Below the pieces are notes generated by a model. It saw nothing but the letters and a program-made list of their open reading frames with translations. It had not been told where the DNA came from and searched no databases. Of a stretch of DNA of 64,000 nt, positions 38,191-51,382 are shown piece by piece. Position 1 is the first letter of the stretch, and each line of letters opens with the position of its first letter. Made by a program: the position numbers and the translations under genes. Origin of the DNA: Amoeboaphelidium protococcarum X5 (taxonomy: Eukaryota; Fungi; Aphelidiomycota); the NCBI GenBank assembly GCA_023515725.1, contig JALDTO010000155.1, positions 531,147 through 595,146 on the forward strand, in the 5' to 3' direction.

Positions 38191-41100
38191 ATGTCATCCA
38201 ATAGAGCGTCTGCATTGAGAGATTTGAAGGCTGCTCGTACCAGTGGCAAGGTGTCTAGATTGAAGAGTTTCAAGTAGGATAAGGAGGGGAGTAAAGTCTT
38301 TGATGAGCTGGATGACCGCTAGTATTAGGCAGTGGTGCGCAAGAGGCTGGAAGATGATTTTGTGGTGGATGATGATGGTCTTGGCTATGTAGATTATGGT
38401 GAAGATAATTGGGACGATGAATAGGATTATAGCAGTGACGAAGACTCTGAGCAGTATGATAAATATAAGGGAAAAGCGTCCAGCAAGGTAACTGGTAAAA
38501 AGTCACAATAGTAATCAATCAATACTCTCCTTTAGAAGTAGTCTATGAAAGTGGTCGGTCCGAAGAGTAGAATTGGCGGTGATTCCAGTAGTTCTAAATG
38601 CAAAGACAACGAAGAAGCTGATGTAGATCTGCTGGCCGATATGCTCGGTGAAGTTGATGAAGCCTCTAAGGAAATTGCTGCTAAGCGTAAGAAAGTGGAC
38701 CATCCTCGTTAGTAATCCGGATATGATAGACATGCGTAGTAATAGCATCACTCAGTGTAGAGAGAGGCTAAAAGGTTCAAAGTTGATCAGGATATGGTGA
38801 ATTCAAGAAAAGATTATGACGACTTTAATTAAAGTGGATACCAAGATTCCATGTAACAGGATGTTCCAGAGTTCAATGAATCTGTCAATTATCCTGATTA
38901 AAGTTAGCAAAACTGTATGCAGACTGTTGAGGATTAAAGTAATGCTGCTGACATACAATCACCATCCCTTCATTCGACTGTTGATAAAGTAGATCCAGAG
39001 CCAGTCCCTCTTGAAGATCAGATTAAAATTGTGGATAAAGTCATCAAGAAGGATAAAAGTAAAATTCTGAAGCCCGCCTTCACTGGTCCGACAAGAAATG
39101 TGAATAGCTTACCATCTTAAGATCTGAATGCACAGAACGTGTTTAGTAATTACAATTCTTAGTAAGCTAGTGGACTTTTGAACATTGAATCTAGTTAAGC
39201 GTCTCTCAACAAATCTGCTGGAATTAATAATATGAACACGAATGCTTTGGTGCCGAGTAATAACTAATTAGGCTCTGACTTTGAAAATAGATTTTTAGGT
39301 GGGCCTAATGGTGATAAACTGTTCATGTACTGGTTGGATGCGTATGACGGACAGTCTGGAGTTGTGTATTTGTTTGGTAAAGTGTACGACTCTATTTAGA
39401 AGCAATTCATCAGTTGTTGCCTTACCGTGAATGATATTGAGAGATCAGTTTACCTCCTTCCTAGGCCTTTTGTAGTTGATAAGAATGGAGTTTAGTAAGA
39501 AGACGAAGAGGTGACGTTAGAGTCATTATGGTAGGAGGTTGATGGTGTAATGACTAGGAAGAAGATTGGCAAATGGAGTATGAACACTGTTACTAAGAAG
39601 TATGCGTTTGAAGTGCCTGAAATTCCAGCTGAAGGAGAATGGGTAGAGGTGAGTTATGGTTACAGTTATCCACCACTGAGTCGAGAAATGTCAGGCAAGA
39701 CTTTTAGTCATGTATTTGGAGGTAGTACCAGTGCCTTGGAGAATCTTATTTTGAGGTGTAAAATGATGGGACCTTGTTGGCTCGAGATTTCAAATGCTCA
39801 ACACTCTCCTCTTAATATTTCTTGGTGTAAAGTTGAAGCTAAAACTGTACTCTCCTCCTCATCTACTGATCAGAATGATGCCGTATATTCAATAAGGCCT
39901 GTGCAAGATACCGATTTGGACAATGATCTTGTTCCGTAATATTGCAAGTCGTCTCCACCTTTGACTGTGTTGAGTATGAATGTGAAGACAGTTCATAATT
40001 ATCAAAAGAATCAGAATGAGATTGTCATGGTCAGTTTGCTCAGTTACGATAAGATTCAAGTCGATGGTTAGACTGAGGAGGTGGATCAACAATCGTTCTC
40101 AGTCTGTACGATTGTCAATGAATTAGAAGGCCAAGGATTTCCAATGCATTTGTAGGAGAGCATTGCATAGAGCAAAGGCAATGTCAAGACTGTGAACGGT
40201 GAGCGTATTCTGCTCAATCTGCTCATAGCGATGCTGCAGAAGATTGATCATGACATGTATGTCGGTCATAATTTGTCTGGATTTGGTTTGGATGTTGTAG
40301 TTAGTGCATTGAAGCGATTTAATACCACTGGCTGGTCAAAGTTGGGTAGATTAAGAAGATCTAATTGGCCGCGTTTGAATTCATCTCAGAACGATTCATC
40401 CAAGAATATTAAAGAGGTTATTTCTGGTAGGTTGATGTGCGACACTTTCTGGCTTGGTAAAAGTTATATCAAGTCGAACAGTTACTCACTTGGTGTGCTT
40501 GCGAAATCTGTTCTCGGAATGGAGAGGCCGGAGCTGGATGTGGAGCAGGTGCCGCAATTCTATAATACTGCCAAAGACTTGCTATGGCTGGTCAAGCATA
40601 ACGAAAATGATGCCTTTCTTGCAATGCAGTTAGTGTTCCGTATTATGCTGATTCCTCTGACCAAGTAGTTGACTAATCTTGCTGGAAATCTTTGGTAGAA
40701 GACTCTTACCACGGGAAGGAGCGACTGCAATGAGTATTTGCTGTTGCATGAATTTACTAATCGCGGTTACATTGTCCCTGATAAGTACTGGATGGAGGAT
40801 GCATCCAGAAAGAACAATGGCAAACTATCACAGGATGGGAAAAAGTAGAATAAGATGTCAAGTGTTTATGATGTTGATGCTGATCAGGCTGATTAGGGAG
40901 ACAAGAAGGGGCGCAAGAAGCCGCAGTATCTTGGTGGTCTTGTGCTGGAACCGAAGAAGGGCCTGTATCAGAATTATGTTCTATTGTTGGACTTTAACAG
41001 TTTGTATCCTAGCATAATACAGGAGTTCAATATTTGCTTTACCACTGTTGAGAGATCAGATCAAGATTTAATGGGTGGAGGCGATGAAAATGAGTTGCCA

Positions 41101-42810
41101 GAATTGCCAGATGATTCGCTAGAGTAGGGAGTTTTGCCTGCGTTACTATCTTAACTAGTCGGTCGTCGTAAATAAGTGAAAAGTCTCATGAAAGCTGCTG
41201 ATCCAAACTCCTCTGATTATACCCAGTTAAACATTAGACAGCAGGCATTAAAGCTTACGGCCAACTCTATGTATGGATGTCTTGGTTATGTGAAATCAAG
41301 ATTTTATGCCTAAGCTCTGGCTAAAATGATCACTGCCAAGGGAAGAGAGATTCTATAGGACACTGTAAATTTGGCCGAGAGTTTATTAAATTTGGATGTC
41401 ATCTATGGTGACACTGACTCTATCATGGTCAATACCAAGAGCGACGACCTGAGCGATGTGAAAAAGATTGGTGCCAAGTTGAAAAGTGAAGTCAACAAAA
41501 AGTACAAATTGCTTGAGATTGAAATGGATGGATTCTTTAGAAGAATTCTTATTTTGAAGAAGAAGAAATACGCTGCCATAACAGCTGTTGAGCAGTCTGG
41601 TGGTAGTGTCAAATTGGATCGTGAAGTCAAAGGCCTCGACTTGGTGCGTCGTGACTGGTGTGATGTGTCTCATGATGCATCTGATTATGTGTTGAATTAG
41701 ATTCTCTCTGAGCAAGACCAGGATCAAGTTGTGTTGAATATCCATCAATTTATTGAGTAGTTGGGTAAAGATATCCGTGAAGATAAGATTCCTGTGGAGA
41801 AGTTTGTGATTAATAAAGCTCTCACCAAGTCCCCTGAAGCTTATGGTGATGCCAAGTCGTAGCCTCATGTGCAAGTTGCGTTAAAGTTGAAGAAAAAAGG
41901 TATCGTTATGAAAGCTGGAGAGACTGTTCCGTATGTTATATGTAAAGATGAGGACATGACCAAGTCTTTTGCTCTGCGTGCTTATCATCCTGATGATGTT
42001 ATCAAGAGTGAAGGCCAGCTGTAGATTGATCATGATTACTATCTCAATGTGCAGGTGCATCCGCCTATTGGGCGCTTGTGTCAACCTATAGAAGGCACCA
42101 GTGATTCTCTGCTGGCTCAACATCTTGGTCTTGATGCTAGCAAGTTTAAGAGCTCAAATTCAGCAGCTCAGTCGTCTTTTTCTCTTAATGAGGATTTTGG
42201 ATCGTCATTCACTCAGAATTTGGATGATATTGAGCGCTTTAAGAATGTAAAGAGACTCTCTCTTACGTGCAGCGTGTGCAAACATGTTAATTCTGTTGAT
42301 AGTATGTTTAACTCAGATGTTACTGAAGGGAGTGTGGTCTTGAGCTGCTTGCAGTGCCAACAATGCAAGTAGCAGATGAATATTGGTATGCTATGTAATC
42401 AGGTGCTTCTTCAAGTGCGCGCATCTATCAAGCTGTTTGGTGCAAGAGGTTTTACATGTGATGAAGTTGCTTGTGGTCAAAAGACGAGACAACTTCCTGC
42501 TGATGGTAAATGCCCTGTAAAGCATTGCAATGGCTAGCTAGTGATGGACATTAATGCCAATACTCTGTACAACTAATTATACTATTGGTCCACGCTGTTT
42601 GATTGTGATCGATTTATGAGAAAGTGTAAGAAGTATGATTTGGAAAAGTACTAACAAGTATTGCTGGTCAATAGACCAAGTATGACTAAAGTTCATGGTG
42701 TGATTAAGGAGTATTTGGACCTGAATGGCCGCAACGTTGTCAACCTGTCCGAAGTGTTTAATGTTCACCAAAGTTTACGGGATTTGAAGTTGACTGGTGG
42801 CATGAAGTGA
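38191..42810 (+). CDS. POL1: DNA polymerase alpha catalytic subunit
   Basis: [54 protein letters not shown] and C-terminal Zn fingers; 1540 codons open in table 6. Confidence 0.98.
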
Positions 42811-42907
42811 TGTGAATGTAAATTGTCTGATGAGGAGAACTTGAAGGTTACTAAAATGTCTTATTTTTAATTATTTAACTTTATCTAGTTTCTTAACACG
42901 TTCATAA

Positions 42908-44686
42908 TCAATGGGAAGTATGGAAGCGATCCACAAACTCGGCGGCACTTGCAATTTGTAATCCTTCGACCATTGTTATGTTCTTATCCAATCTAGGATC
43001 TAAAGTCAAGGAACCATCTGCAACAGCATTTAATAGACTAACTTGCGCCTTCTCAAACAGAGTATCATCTAGCTAAAGTAAATTCTTCATATATAAACCA
43101 ATGTTTGTATTCTCTTAATTTCCACGCACTGGATGCAATGCTCTCGAGTACTTCTGTCCAGCATAAGCGTAAACATTAACATCAACTCCAGTGTGGCCAT
43201 GAGTAGTAAAGGCAATCATTGCGCGCTCATTCACCAGACTTCCAAATATGTCTTGAATTTGATATATGTCATCGCTATCGACCAACTACTAAACAGTCTC
43301 TTCACTAAAGTCATCAATGCCGAATACTTCAGGAAGAACGCGCAGTACAAAGCTCTTCTTATCTTCCTTATTCTTAACTCCCAACAACTACTGAGCAATG
43401 ACCTCGGTGGAATTTTTAACAGCAGCCACCACTTGTGGATACCAAACATAATCAGGATACTTTGGTCCAATCTAGCGTCCCAGAGTAACACCGCCAGTCT
43501 CATGATCTGAAGTGCTAATCATGACAGTGCCTTCATTCTAGTCAATAAAATCTTTAACCACCTGGATTGTTTCTTAATATGCCAAAATCTCATGAGCATG
43601 AGCTGCTGCATCATTACTATGAGCTGCGTGGTCAATTCTAGATCCCTCAACAAGAATGAAGAATCCTTTATCAGAATTTTTAGATAAATCAGCCAACTGC
43701 TTCAGCGCAACGGCAGTCATCTCAGCAAGTGATGGCTCCTCCGCTGGATTTCTATCAATCTCGTATGACATATCCTGATCAGTGAACAGAGCCAGTAAAG
43801 GCAGTTCATCTGCAGAGCCAGTTAGCTAATCAAACTCCGATCTACTATTAATCACAGTGCTATATCCCAGATGCTTGGATGCTAAATGCTCCAAATCAAC
43901 ATCGTCTTCACGACAAGAGCGGCCACTATCATCATTACCTGGCTTATAGAAGCATCGTCCACCACCCATGATAACATCAACGGATCTTCCAAAAGGTCCG
44001 AATCCAACCTACTGATAAGCAATCTCTGGTTAATACTTTCTATGCACAAGATGCGATGAAAAAGAAGCAGGGGTGGCATCAGTGATTCTACTTCTCACCA
44101 CAAGGCCAGTCGAATATCCAGCCATTTTGGCCACCTCCATCAGAGTAGGGCATGGATGCTGCGTGGCATTTACTCCAACTGCATTATTATACGTCTTCAA
44201 TAGGCAACTGAAGGCTGTGGCACCTGCAGCACTATCAGTGATCAAACTGTCATATGATCTGGTACGAGAGGTACCCACTAAGATTGTATCGAGGGGAAGC
44301 ATGGCATCCAAATCACCTCGTGGAGTAGTAGATGGATCGTTTCTACCATCCTTAAGATATTGATAGAAGTATCTCGCATAAGTCTCACTCGTCGGTCCAA
44401 ATCCATCAGATACCATAAAAATAACATTACGCTTCTCTGGCAGAGTGGCGTGTTTAGAGCGACGGCGACAAAGAGACATACCGAGCTTACATGGCACATC
44501 AGTGTGGAATAGTGCAATATAAATCAGCTGCGCAATACCAAGCAATAATAGAAGTGTGGTGTAAAATTTCAGCTGACATGAGCTGCTTCTCAATTAATGG
44601 CGCATCTTGTTCATCACGTCCACCTACATCTTTTCCTCATCATCCAACGTATCTACTCTCTTATAATGGACTTTCACTGCGGCCAT
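42908..44686 (-). CDS. PHO8: Vacuolar-type alkaline phosphatase (type II membrane)
   Basis: NVIFMVSDGFGP, ITDSAAGATA, GFFILVEGSRIDHAAHSND, SDHETGG, HSGVDVNVY. Confidence 0.95.
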
Positions 44687-45054
44687 GACTATTATTCAAG
44701 TATCGATACAGAAATACACGCTAATACGAATTTGAATACTATATTATGCGATACTGAGCAAGTGAAGCCTTATTTAGATGTACTAAAGCAGATACTAAAG
44801 TGGCGCAATTGTGAGAAAATGTGATTGAAGAGAGAAAACCCGAAAAAACAATTTCCGTGGAAAGGCGCAGAAAGTCCCATCCTGATCACGTCAATGATCG
44901 ATCAATAAACACTCAAGATTTTTCGTAAAAAATCTATAAGTCGACTTTATAAAACTGAATTAACCTTAATGATGTGCATATTATTAAATTACATTTCTAA
45001 ATCTTTCATTGCATTCATTCACAGTAATAATTCAAACATCTGTGAACCTACTTG

Positions 45055-45984
45055 TCACTGCTTACGACGGATAACGCATACTAAACCATCCCAGGTAGAA
45101 GTGATGATAGCCTCACATTCAATCATAGACGAGGTGGTACCGATGTTCCTCCACGTAAAGTTGAGATGGTGTATATTGCCAGAGCTACGCACAAAGTCAA
45201 TTTCACTCTTGACACGGTCCAGCGACTTGATGCCGTGCGACACGTCGTCCTCACTGTCAGCGATGAAGTCCAGGAAACTTTTCCCGATCAGCTCATGATC
45301 GTCCGACTGTAAAACTTCTTTCGCGCCCATCGTGGCAAACTAGATTGTGGCTTTGTTGGTGAAACGGTTCAGAATGAGGCAGACACGTGGCTCTTTAGTT
45401 GAACTGACTGAACTCTCCCAGGTGAGCGTGTCGGATAGTAGTCGCATCACTGTCTTCTCCCTGGACATCCAGTTCTCAATGGTGGATCCGCATGCGTTGA
45501 TACGTACAAGATCTTCTGCAGACTGTCTGAACGCTATGCTATTCTGGTTGTACTCGTGCAGTGCTCCAATGACCACAAGGCAATCATAGCAAAAGTTCAC
45601 GGCCATATCCAACAGTTTATACCTAAGCTAACCATCCTTTTCCTTGAATAGCCACCTCATAGTCATTATTCTTGCAATAACAGACTCTGTCAGATTAAAC
45701 ATGTGATTCTTCTCAGTTACTTCAATGTCATCGGGATGCACGAATGCATATCCACTCTTGCCAACCATTTCCTCTTCTCTGAACCCGAGAAGATCATAAC
45801 ACGACGGGCTCACCCACAGTATGGTACAATTAGGCGTCAGATCAGTAAACCAGAAAACATTAGGAGCTCTTTAGGAATCTGATAGCAATGACGCGCGACT
45901 TCCATTCTAAACACCATTATTAGTGGGTAGTGCATCTTTAGACTGAGGTGAAGGGCTTTTCTTATTTCTCTTCACAGCTGGCAT
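45055..45984 (-). CDS. Tandem PAS-domain protein (fungal type)
   Basis: SPSCYDLLGFREEEMVGKSGYAFVHPDD; EPRVCLILNRFT; EAIITSTWDGLVCVIRR. Confidence 0.85.
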
Positions 45985-46694
45985 CCTCGGCTGATGATGA
46001 ATGATGATTCTATACCAATATGAATAAAATATATGCTTTGTATGGGGTTTATGTGCTTCTTTGTAAATAATGTGATGTCCAATCAGGTAATATTAACTAT
46101 ATGTATGTACTATGTAATATGTCACTAATGTGATATACTCCCACAAATTGCTGACTAATACAAAGAGCGCGTGTAATGGAATTTTCTAGGAAAAAATACC
46201 GTCGGCCGGACCATGAAAACGTCAAGAATTCGCCCCCTATTTCCCGGAAACCGCGTCAATTTTCGTCACATGAGAACGCGTGATGAGTCATATAATAGCA
46301 GTCTTGGCTCTGACAAATGGTTGTGTAATTAAGAATTTTAGAAGTACAAGAATGTAAATTACAGCTTCTCAATGACCCCTACCGAATTATCCTGTATGTG
46401 TAGTGGTTGTTGCGGTGACGATAGCGATGATGATGAAAGTATTGCTTTTGATATTGGAACTAAGAGCGTATTGATCAAAACAGCGAGAATCTACACTTGG
46501 GAGACAGCCAGGAATGCTGTGGCTGAGTTCGCATATGAATAAGCTGAACTTGCTGATTCATTGAAGCCATTAGGATTTTCAGAGTATTTACGAATATCAA
46601 GGCAATTGAGATTGTAAGTACGTTAATTAACACGTGTTAAAGGAGCGGCTTAGTCTTCAACTACCAATGAAACTTTATTTCACAACATTACACT

Positions 46695-47603
46695 TCACCC
46701 TTCTGACAGATCATCTTCATCCTTGACGACAAGCTAATCAGGGCTGTAGAATAGTGTAGCCTTCACAGCGATATTCTTAAGAGAGGCAACCATTTCGGAC
46801 GTATATTCAGAATGAGGAATAATAATGTAAGGCTTCCCATTGCTCAAATTTGGTAACTGACCATCATGAACCCTCTCGCCTGCATTCTTGTTGAAGTGAC
46901 TAACTATGTTCCACTCACTGGGCGAAAATAAGTCTGGTAATCTCTCCTTCTTCAACGGCTCCCCACGGTGAATCACGCTATATAAACCTTCAGAATCCAC
47001 TTGTTCATACGTTCGTCTCGCTTTTATGAAATCCCAATATACTTCTTGATCACTATCTCCTTCTTTCCAACTTCCTTGCTTTCCGTCCTTCGCCATCAAA
47101 ACATCTCCAATGGTAGGTCCATCACTGTGTCGGTAGTCAAATCCGTAGAAACACGATAGCTTCGTAGCAATTGCGTTTAAGTACTTTCGGCAAGACGTTT
47201 CAACACTCATTTTCTTACATCGTTGTTGCCGATATGGCGTTATACTAGATTGAGCCGACTTGGTAGTAAGACAGGTTTCTAACGGCGAGCGGCTAGACAC
47301 ACGGGATTCTGGAATCAATACCAGCAGAGCGGTATTCTTCTTCTTTCCTATCTATCCAAGATCACTGATAAGAATCTCTTTATCCAGAGGCAAGCTTGTT
47401 AAATCTGCCTTGCTCTTGAACAATTTCAACTGTGAAGCAACGACATTGGGAAGGATGGCTTCATTCTCAGCCTTGATTGCTTTGCGGAGGTCATCAATGA
47501 TTTAATTAAGAGACATAAGCACAGTGGTAGCGGTAGAATTGCCAAATGGTGTACCATCAGCCCGCACAAGAGAATACCAAATTCGATACTGGTCACTCGA
47601 CAT
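46695..47603 (-). CDS. Crinkler (CRN)-family effector
   Basis: N-terminal CRN ubiquitin-like header IWYSLVRADGTPF...IDDLRKAIKAENEAILPNVVASQLKLF...GKKKNTALLVLIP, then a C-terminal domain CRKYLNAIATKL...; 303 codons. Confidence 0.8.
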
Positions 47604-47884
47604 TGTGCAAGAATAGAAAATTCGTCAAATTTTCATACATCGTTTTCATTATTTCACAATCTGTCGTATGTTTAATCAGTCTGAGCGCAATTTCATGCAA
47701 TAACTCCAACTTTAATTGGGCTCTATCACAATCGCGTTATTGCAAATTAATTGGTATTTTACATTCCACTTAGTTTTCTGTGTGCGGAACGAAATTGCAG
47801 TCAAAACCATAAAATGTCTCAAGACCATCATCCCGGCCATGTTCATCCTCAAATGTCCCATCCTCATATATCTCATATTCTAAT

Positions 47885-47980
47885 TGTCAGATTTATGATC
47901 AAACATCCACATGGAGCTGCTGCGCCTCATGCCGCAATATTCCCACGCTAAGGTTAGAAGTGAAACGGACTCAGATAAGG
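47885..47980 (+). repeat. Truncated 5' LTR (96 bp)
   Basis: Identical to 49880-49975. Confidence 0.92.
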
Positions 47981-47996
47981 GTTCACTGTTCCCCTT

Positions 47997-49868
47997 ATGC
48001 CACCGGTACACCATCATTCATCATAAGAGGCCACAGTTCAGATACTGCCATTAAGTTAATCTTAACCGACTGAAGATCTTGACATGCTGTAAGCTCCACA
48101 GTCAACTGCGCCTGCAATGAGTTCTTCTCCTAACAATGCCTAACCTGGATCTACCGTTGTTGTTGACTCAGACAGTACTCCATCTGCGCCTAAAGAGATT
48201 GTGTCTAGAGTTGATCCTTCTAATATTGTCAGTGGAAAAAGAGTGCGAAAGCAATTTAAAGCACTCACTACAAAGTTGCAGAGAAATCCGCAAAGTGTGC
48301 GCGAAGCATTATCAGGACCTGACGGGGATCATTATTACAAGGCTATGATGAAAGAAATTAATGGCCTTGAGAATCGAAAGACATGGAGGAAGGTATAGCG
48401 ACAAAAGGGAGACCGTGTAATCAAGTGTCGATGGGTATTTACTAAGAAGAAGACTGCGGCTGGCGATTACAAATTCAAGGCTAGATTGGTCGCGAAGGGC
48501 TATTCACAAGTTTCTGGGGTGGACTACTAGGAGACTTATGCACCTACAGCAAGAACGAACTCACTCAGAATTATGTTATCCAAATGTGCCTCTCTTGATT
48601 ACGAGATAGAGCAAGTTGATGCCGTTTAGGCTTTCGTTGTGCCTGAACTCAAGGAGGAAATTTATATGGAAGTCCCGGAAGGTGGCCTACTCGACTGCGG
48701 AGACGATGTTAAACTTCAACTTCTCAAGACACTCTATGGATTGAAGTAGGCTGCGGCAGAATGGTATAATCACCTTATGCAATGTTTAGCATAACTTGGA
48801 TTCGTTCCTACAGAGGCTGATCATTGCCTATTCTACAGAAAAGAAGATGATGCCCTCATACTGGCGCATGTTGATGATATGCTACTTGGTATTAAGGGGA
48901 TTGATCAAGCATAAAAGCTGAAGAGAGATATCGCGGCCATGATTGAGATTACTGACCTCGGTCCCGCATCGTATTTCCTTGGACTTCATATCGAGCGTGA
49001 CAGATAAGCAAAGACGATATTGTTGCATTAGCATAGATTTATTGCTGAACTGTTGGAGGATTATTAGATGAGTCTCGTGAAACCAGCACCAACGCCGATG
49101 GACTCTACAGTCTCTTTGTCACTCTAGGACTGCCCATAGACGAAAGAAGAGCAAGAGTTGATGTAAGATATCCCTTATTAACAAGTCGTCGGCGCTCTAT
49201 TGTACACTGCATGCGCAACTCGTCCTGATATATCAGCCGCTGTTGGAAAGGTTTGCAAGTTTTCTTCTAATCCAGGTCAAAAGCATTGGACTGCTGTAAA
49301 GAGGATTTGTAAATATTTGAAGGGCACAAGTAAGTTGGGTATTTAGTTAGGTGGAGAACACGGGACCGTGATTTAAGGATGGTCTGACGCGGACTGGGCA
49401 GGAGATACCGATGGTCGGAAGTCTACTGGCGGTTATCTGTTTAAGCTTGCTAATTCTCCAGTATCTTGGCAAAGTAAGCTTTAAAATATAGTGGCTCTGT
49501 CTAGTTGTGAATCCGAGTACATTGCGTTATCCAACTCTGCTTAAGAAGCTATTTGGTTGCGAAGATTACTGCAAGAAATAGGATGGACACAGGACGCCGC
49601 TACACTGATACATGAGGACAATTAAGGTGCTATAGCCGTTATTAATGGTAATAAGACTCATTCAAGAACAAAGCATATAGACGTGCGTCATCACTTCATC
49701 AGAACTTGCGTGCGAGATGGTCATCTACGTGTTGTCTATTGCCCTACTGACCTGATGCTCGCAGATATACTCACAAAGCCACTGCCGACTCAAAAGTTTC
49801 TTGCGCTTCGTGATATGATGGGAATGTCTGAATCTGTGGCGGATCACGGCGGCGAGCAAAGTGTTTGA
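47997..49868 (+). CDS. Copia reverse transcriptase-RNase H (C-terminal part of pol)
   Basis: KARLVAKGYSQ, LYGLKQA, HVDD, SDADWAGD, KHIDVRHHFIR; uninterrupted in table 6, with Gln often encoded by TAA/TAG. Confidence 0.85.
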
Positions 49869-49879
49869 TCACGGCGGCG

Positions 49880-50049
49880 TGTCAGATTTATGATCAAACA
49901 TCCACATGGAGCTGCTGCGCCTCATGCCGCAATATTCCCACGCTAAGGTTAGAAGTGAAACGGACTCAGATAAGGTCAAGCATGAGAATCTTTTCATGAT
50001 AAGAAATATAGTAACTTACATCATCCACTTTACTTATCATTTCTTAACA
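49880..50049 (+). repeat. Complete 3' LTR (170 bp)
   Basis: Begins TGTCAG, ends TTAACA and is followed by the TSD. Confidence 0.9.
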
Positions 50050-50499
50050 CTAATGATCCCACTTTCTAAATTTGATATGTTCATCGTGCATTCACGGTGG
50101 GAAAAAGATATAATCTTGGCATCTTTGACGCGACACATTTCAGTGCAAAACACGTAATCGAAAGTAGCTGAACGGTGTCTCTTTTCAAATAATAACGCAT
50201 AAGTCTCATCCATAATTTATTTTTGATTCAAACAAATAATATATCACTTAATTGCAAAAGTTACATATCTACGGCATGTTTCGAGGCTTCTAGCTCATGC
50301 CTTGTCGTCTAAATAGTACTTCGCCGCTCTCTACTCCTCTTCTGCGTCTTTGCTAGAAAGACTCGCTGTTTCAAATAGTGTTTTCGATTAGAGTTCGTAA
50401 CGAGAGCTCAGTCCTTTTGATCCAAACACTCCTCTTAAAATCCCAGTAATAATAACGCCTCTACCAACACTATTTCTATAAACGTGAGAGAGATTAAAT

Positions 50500-51291
50500 A
50501 TGGCGCATCCTTTGAAATTTACGATTACTTTTAGTCATACTAATGATGTGCTGTTTGAGCACGTTTGGACGTAGAAGGAATATGCCTCGTTGGAAGAGCA
50601 GCGAAGAGCTAATAGGAGCGAAGCTACTGGATCCCTGCTTGCCGTTCTGTCGCAACTGTCAAGGGAAATCGATTCAGGGTAGATTGGATATGTAAAATTT
50701 AATACTCCCGTTGATCCGAATGATCAGTCTAAGAAGTCTTAGCTGTAGCATAAGAGAAATGAACTAATGGGCAGTGACTTGAGCGGGTTGGGGGTATCTG
50801 GAGATGTCAAGTCTGGTCACAAGCGTTAAAAATCTAGGCGCGGTCACAATATACCAACTAGTACGCAGGCACAGTCATCGCAGTAAAAGAGTGGATAGTA
50901 GTCAAAGCAGCCAACGTAAATCACACTGATGCAGGTTAAATTAGAATAGATAATAGGCGGCCTGCAAGTGTCCGCAATTGGCAAAGATACTCAAAATCCA
51001 TTTATATCTACCACAGAACTGCATAAAGATTGGACGTCGCTGTGTAAAGCTCTGTTGTAAGAATTTGTCGATCTCTATAATAGTGAACTGCAATTATTAC
51101 CAAAGACTATACCGGAGAAGAGGAGTTAAGAGGAGGAGGTGAAGATTAGAGAATTTGCACAGTAAGTTGCTTCATCTCAAGTTTTTGAAAGAGGTTTGAT
51201 TAAGAGAGTGGCCTCTATACCAAGTTTAGCTCGAGAAGATGGGGCGTTGTAAGATGTTCCGAAATTGACTCATATTGTGGAATCTACTTGA
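50500..51291 (+). CDS. Hypothetical protein, possibly longin-like fold (263 aa)
   Basis: 264 codons open in table 6 (MAHPLKFTITFSHTNDVLFEHVW...GSLLAVLSQLSREID...LCKALLQEFVDLY); absent from the supplied ORF track. Confidence 0.65.
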
Positions 51292-51382
51292 ATAACGATA
51301 ATAAATTAAGATCTATGGCCAATGTAACGAAATATTTATATTTCGCAACATGAATACGCGTCACATAATTACTCTTTTAAGA

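Larger units (their letters stand above)
47885..50049 (+). mobile_element. Ty1/copia LTR retrotransposon, internally deleted (no gag, PR or IN)
   Basis: TG...CA termini; 5-bp TSD CTAAT (47880-47884 and 50050-50054); LTR direct repeat; RT-RNaseH frame. Confidence 0.93.

Noticed and set aside
46372-46815. + strand table-6 ORF (MTPTELSCMCSGCCGDD...) overlapping the CRN 3' end
   Set aside because: No recognisable family; with only one stop codon, ORFs of this length arise readily by chance, and it overlaps a better-supported gene.
47593-50213. Possible minus-strand host gene interrupted by the copia insertion (MDETYALLFEK... / EYEIYEDGTFEDEHG...)
   Set aside because: Reconstructing the empty site leaves the two halves out of frame by one base, with an immediate TGA; no homology evidence.
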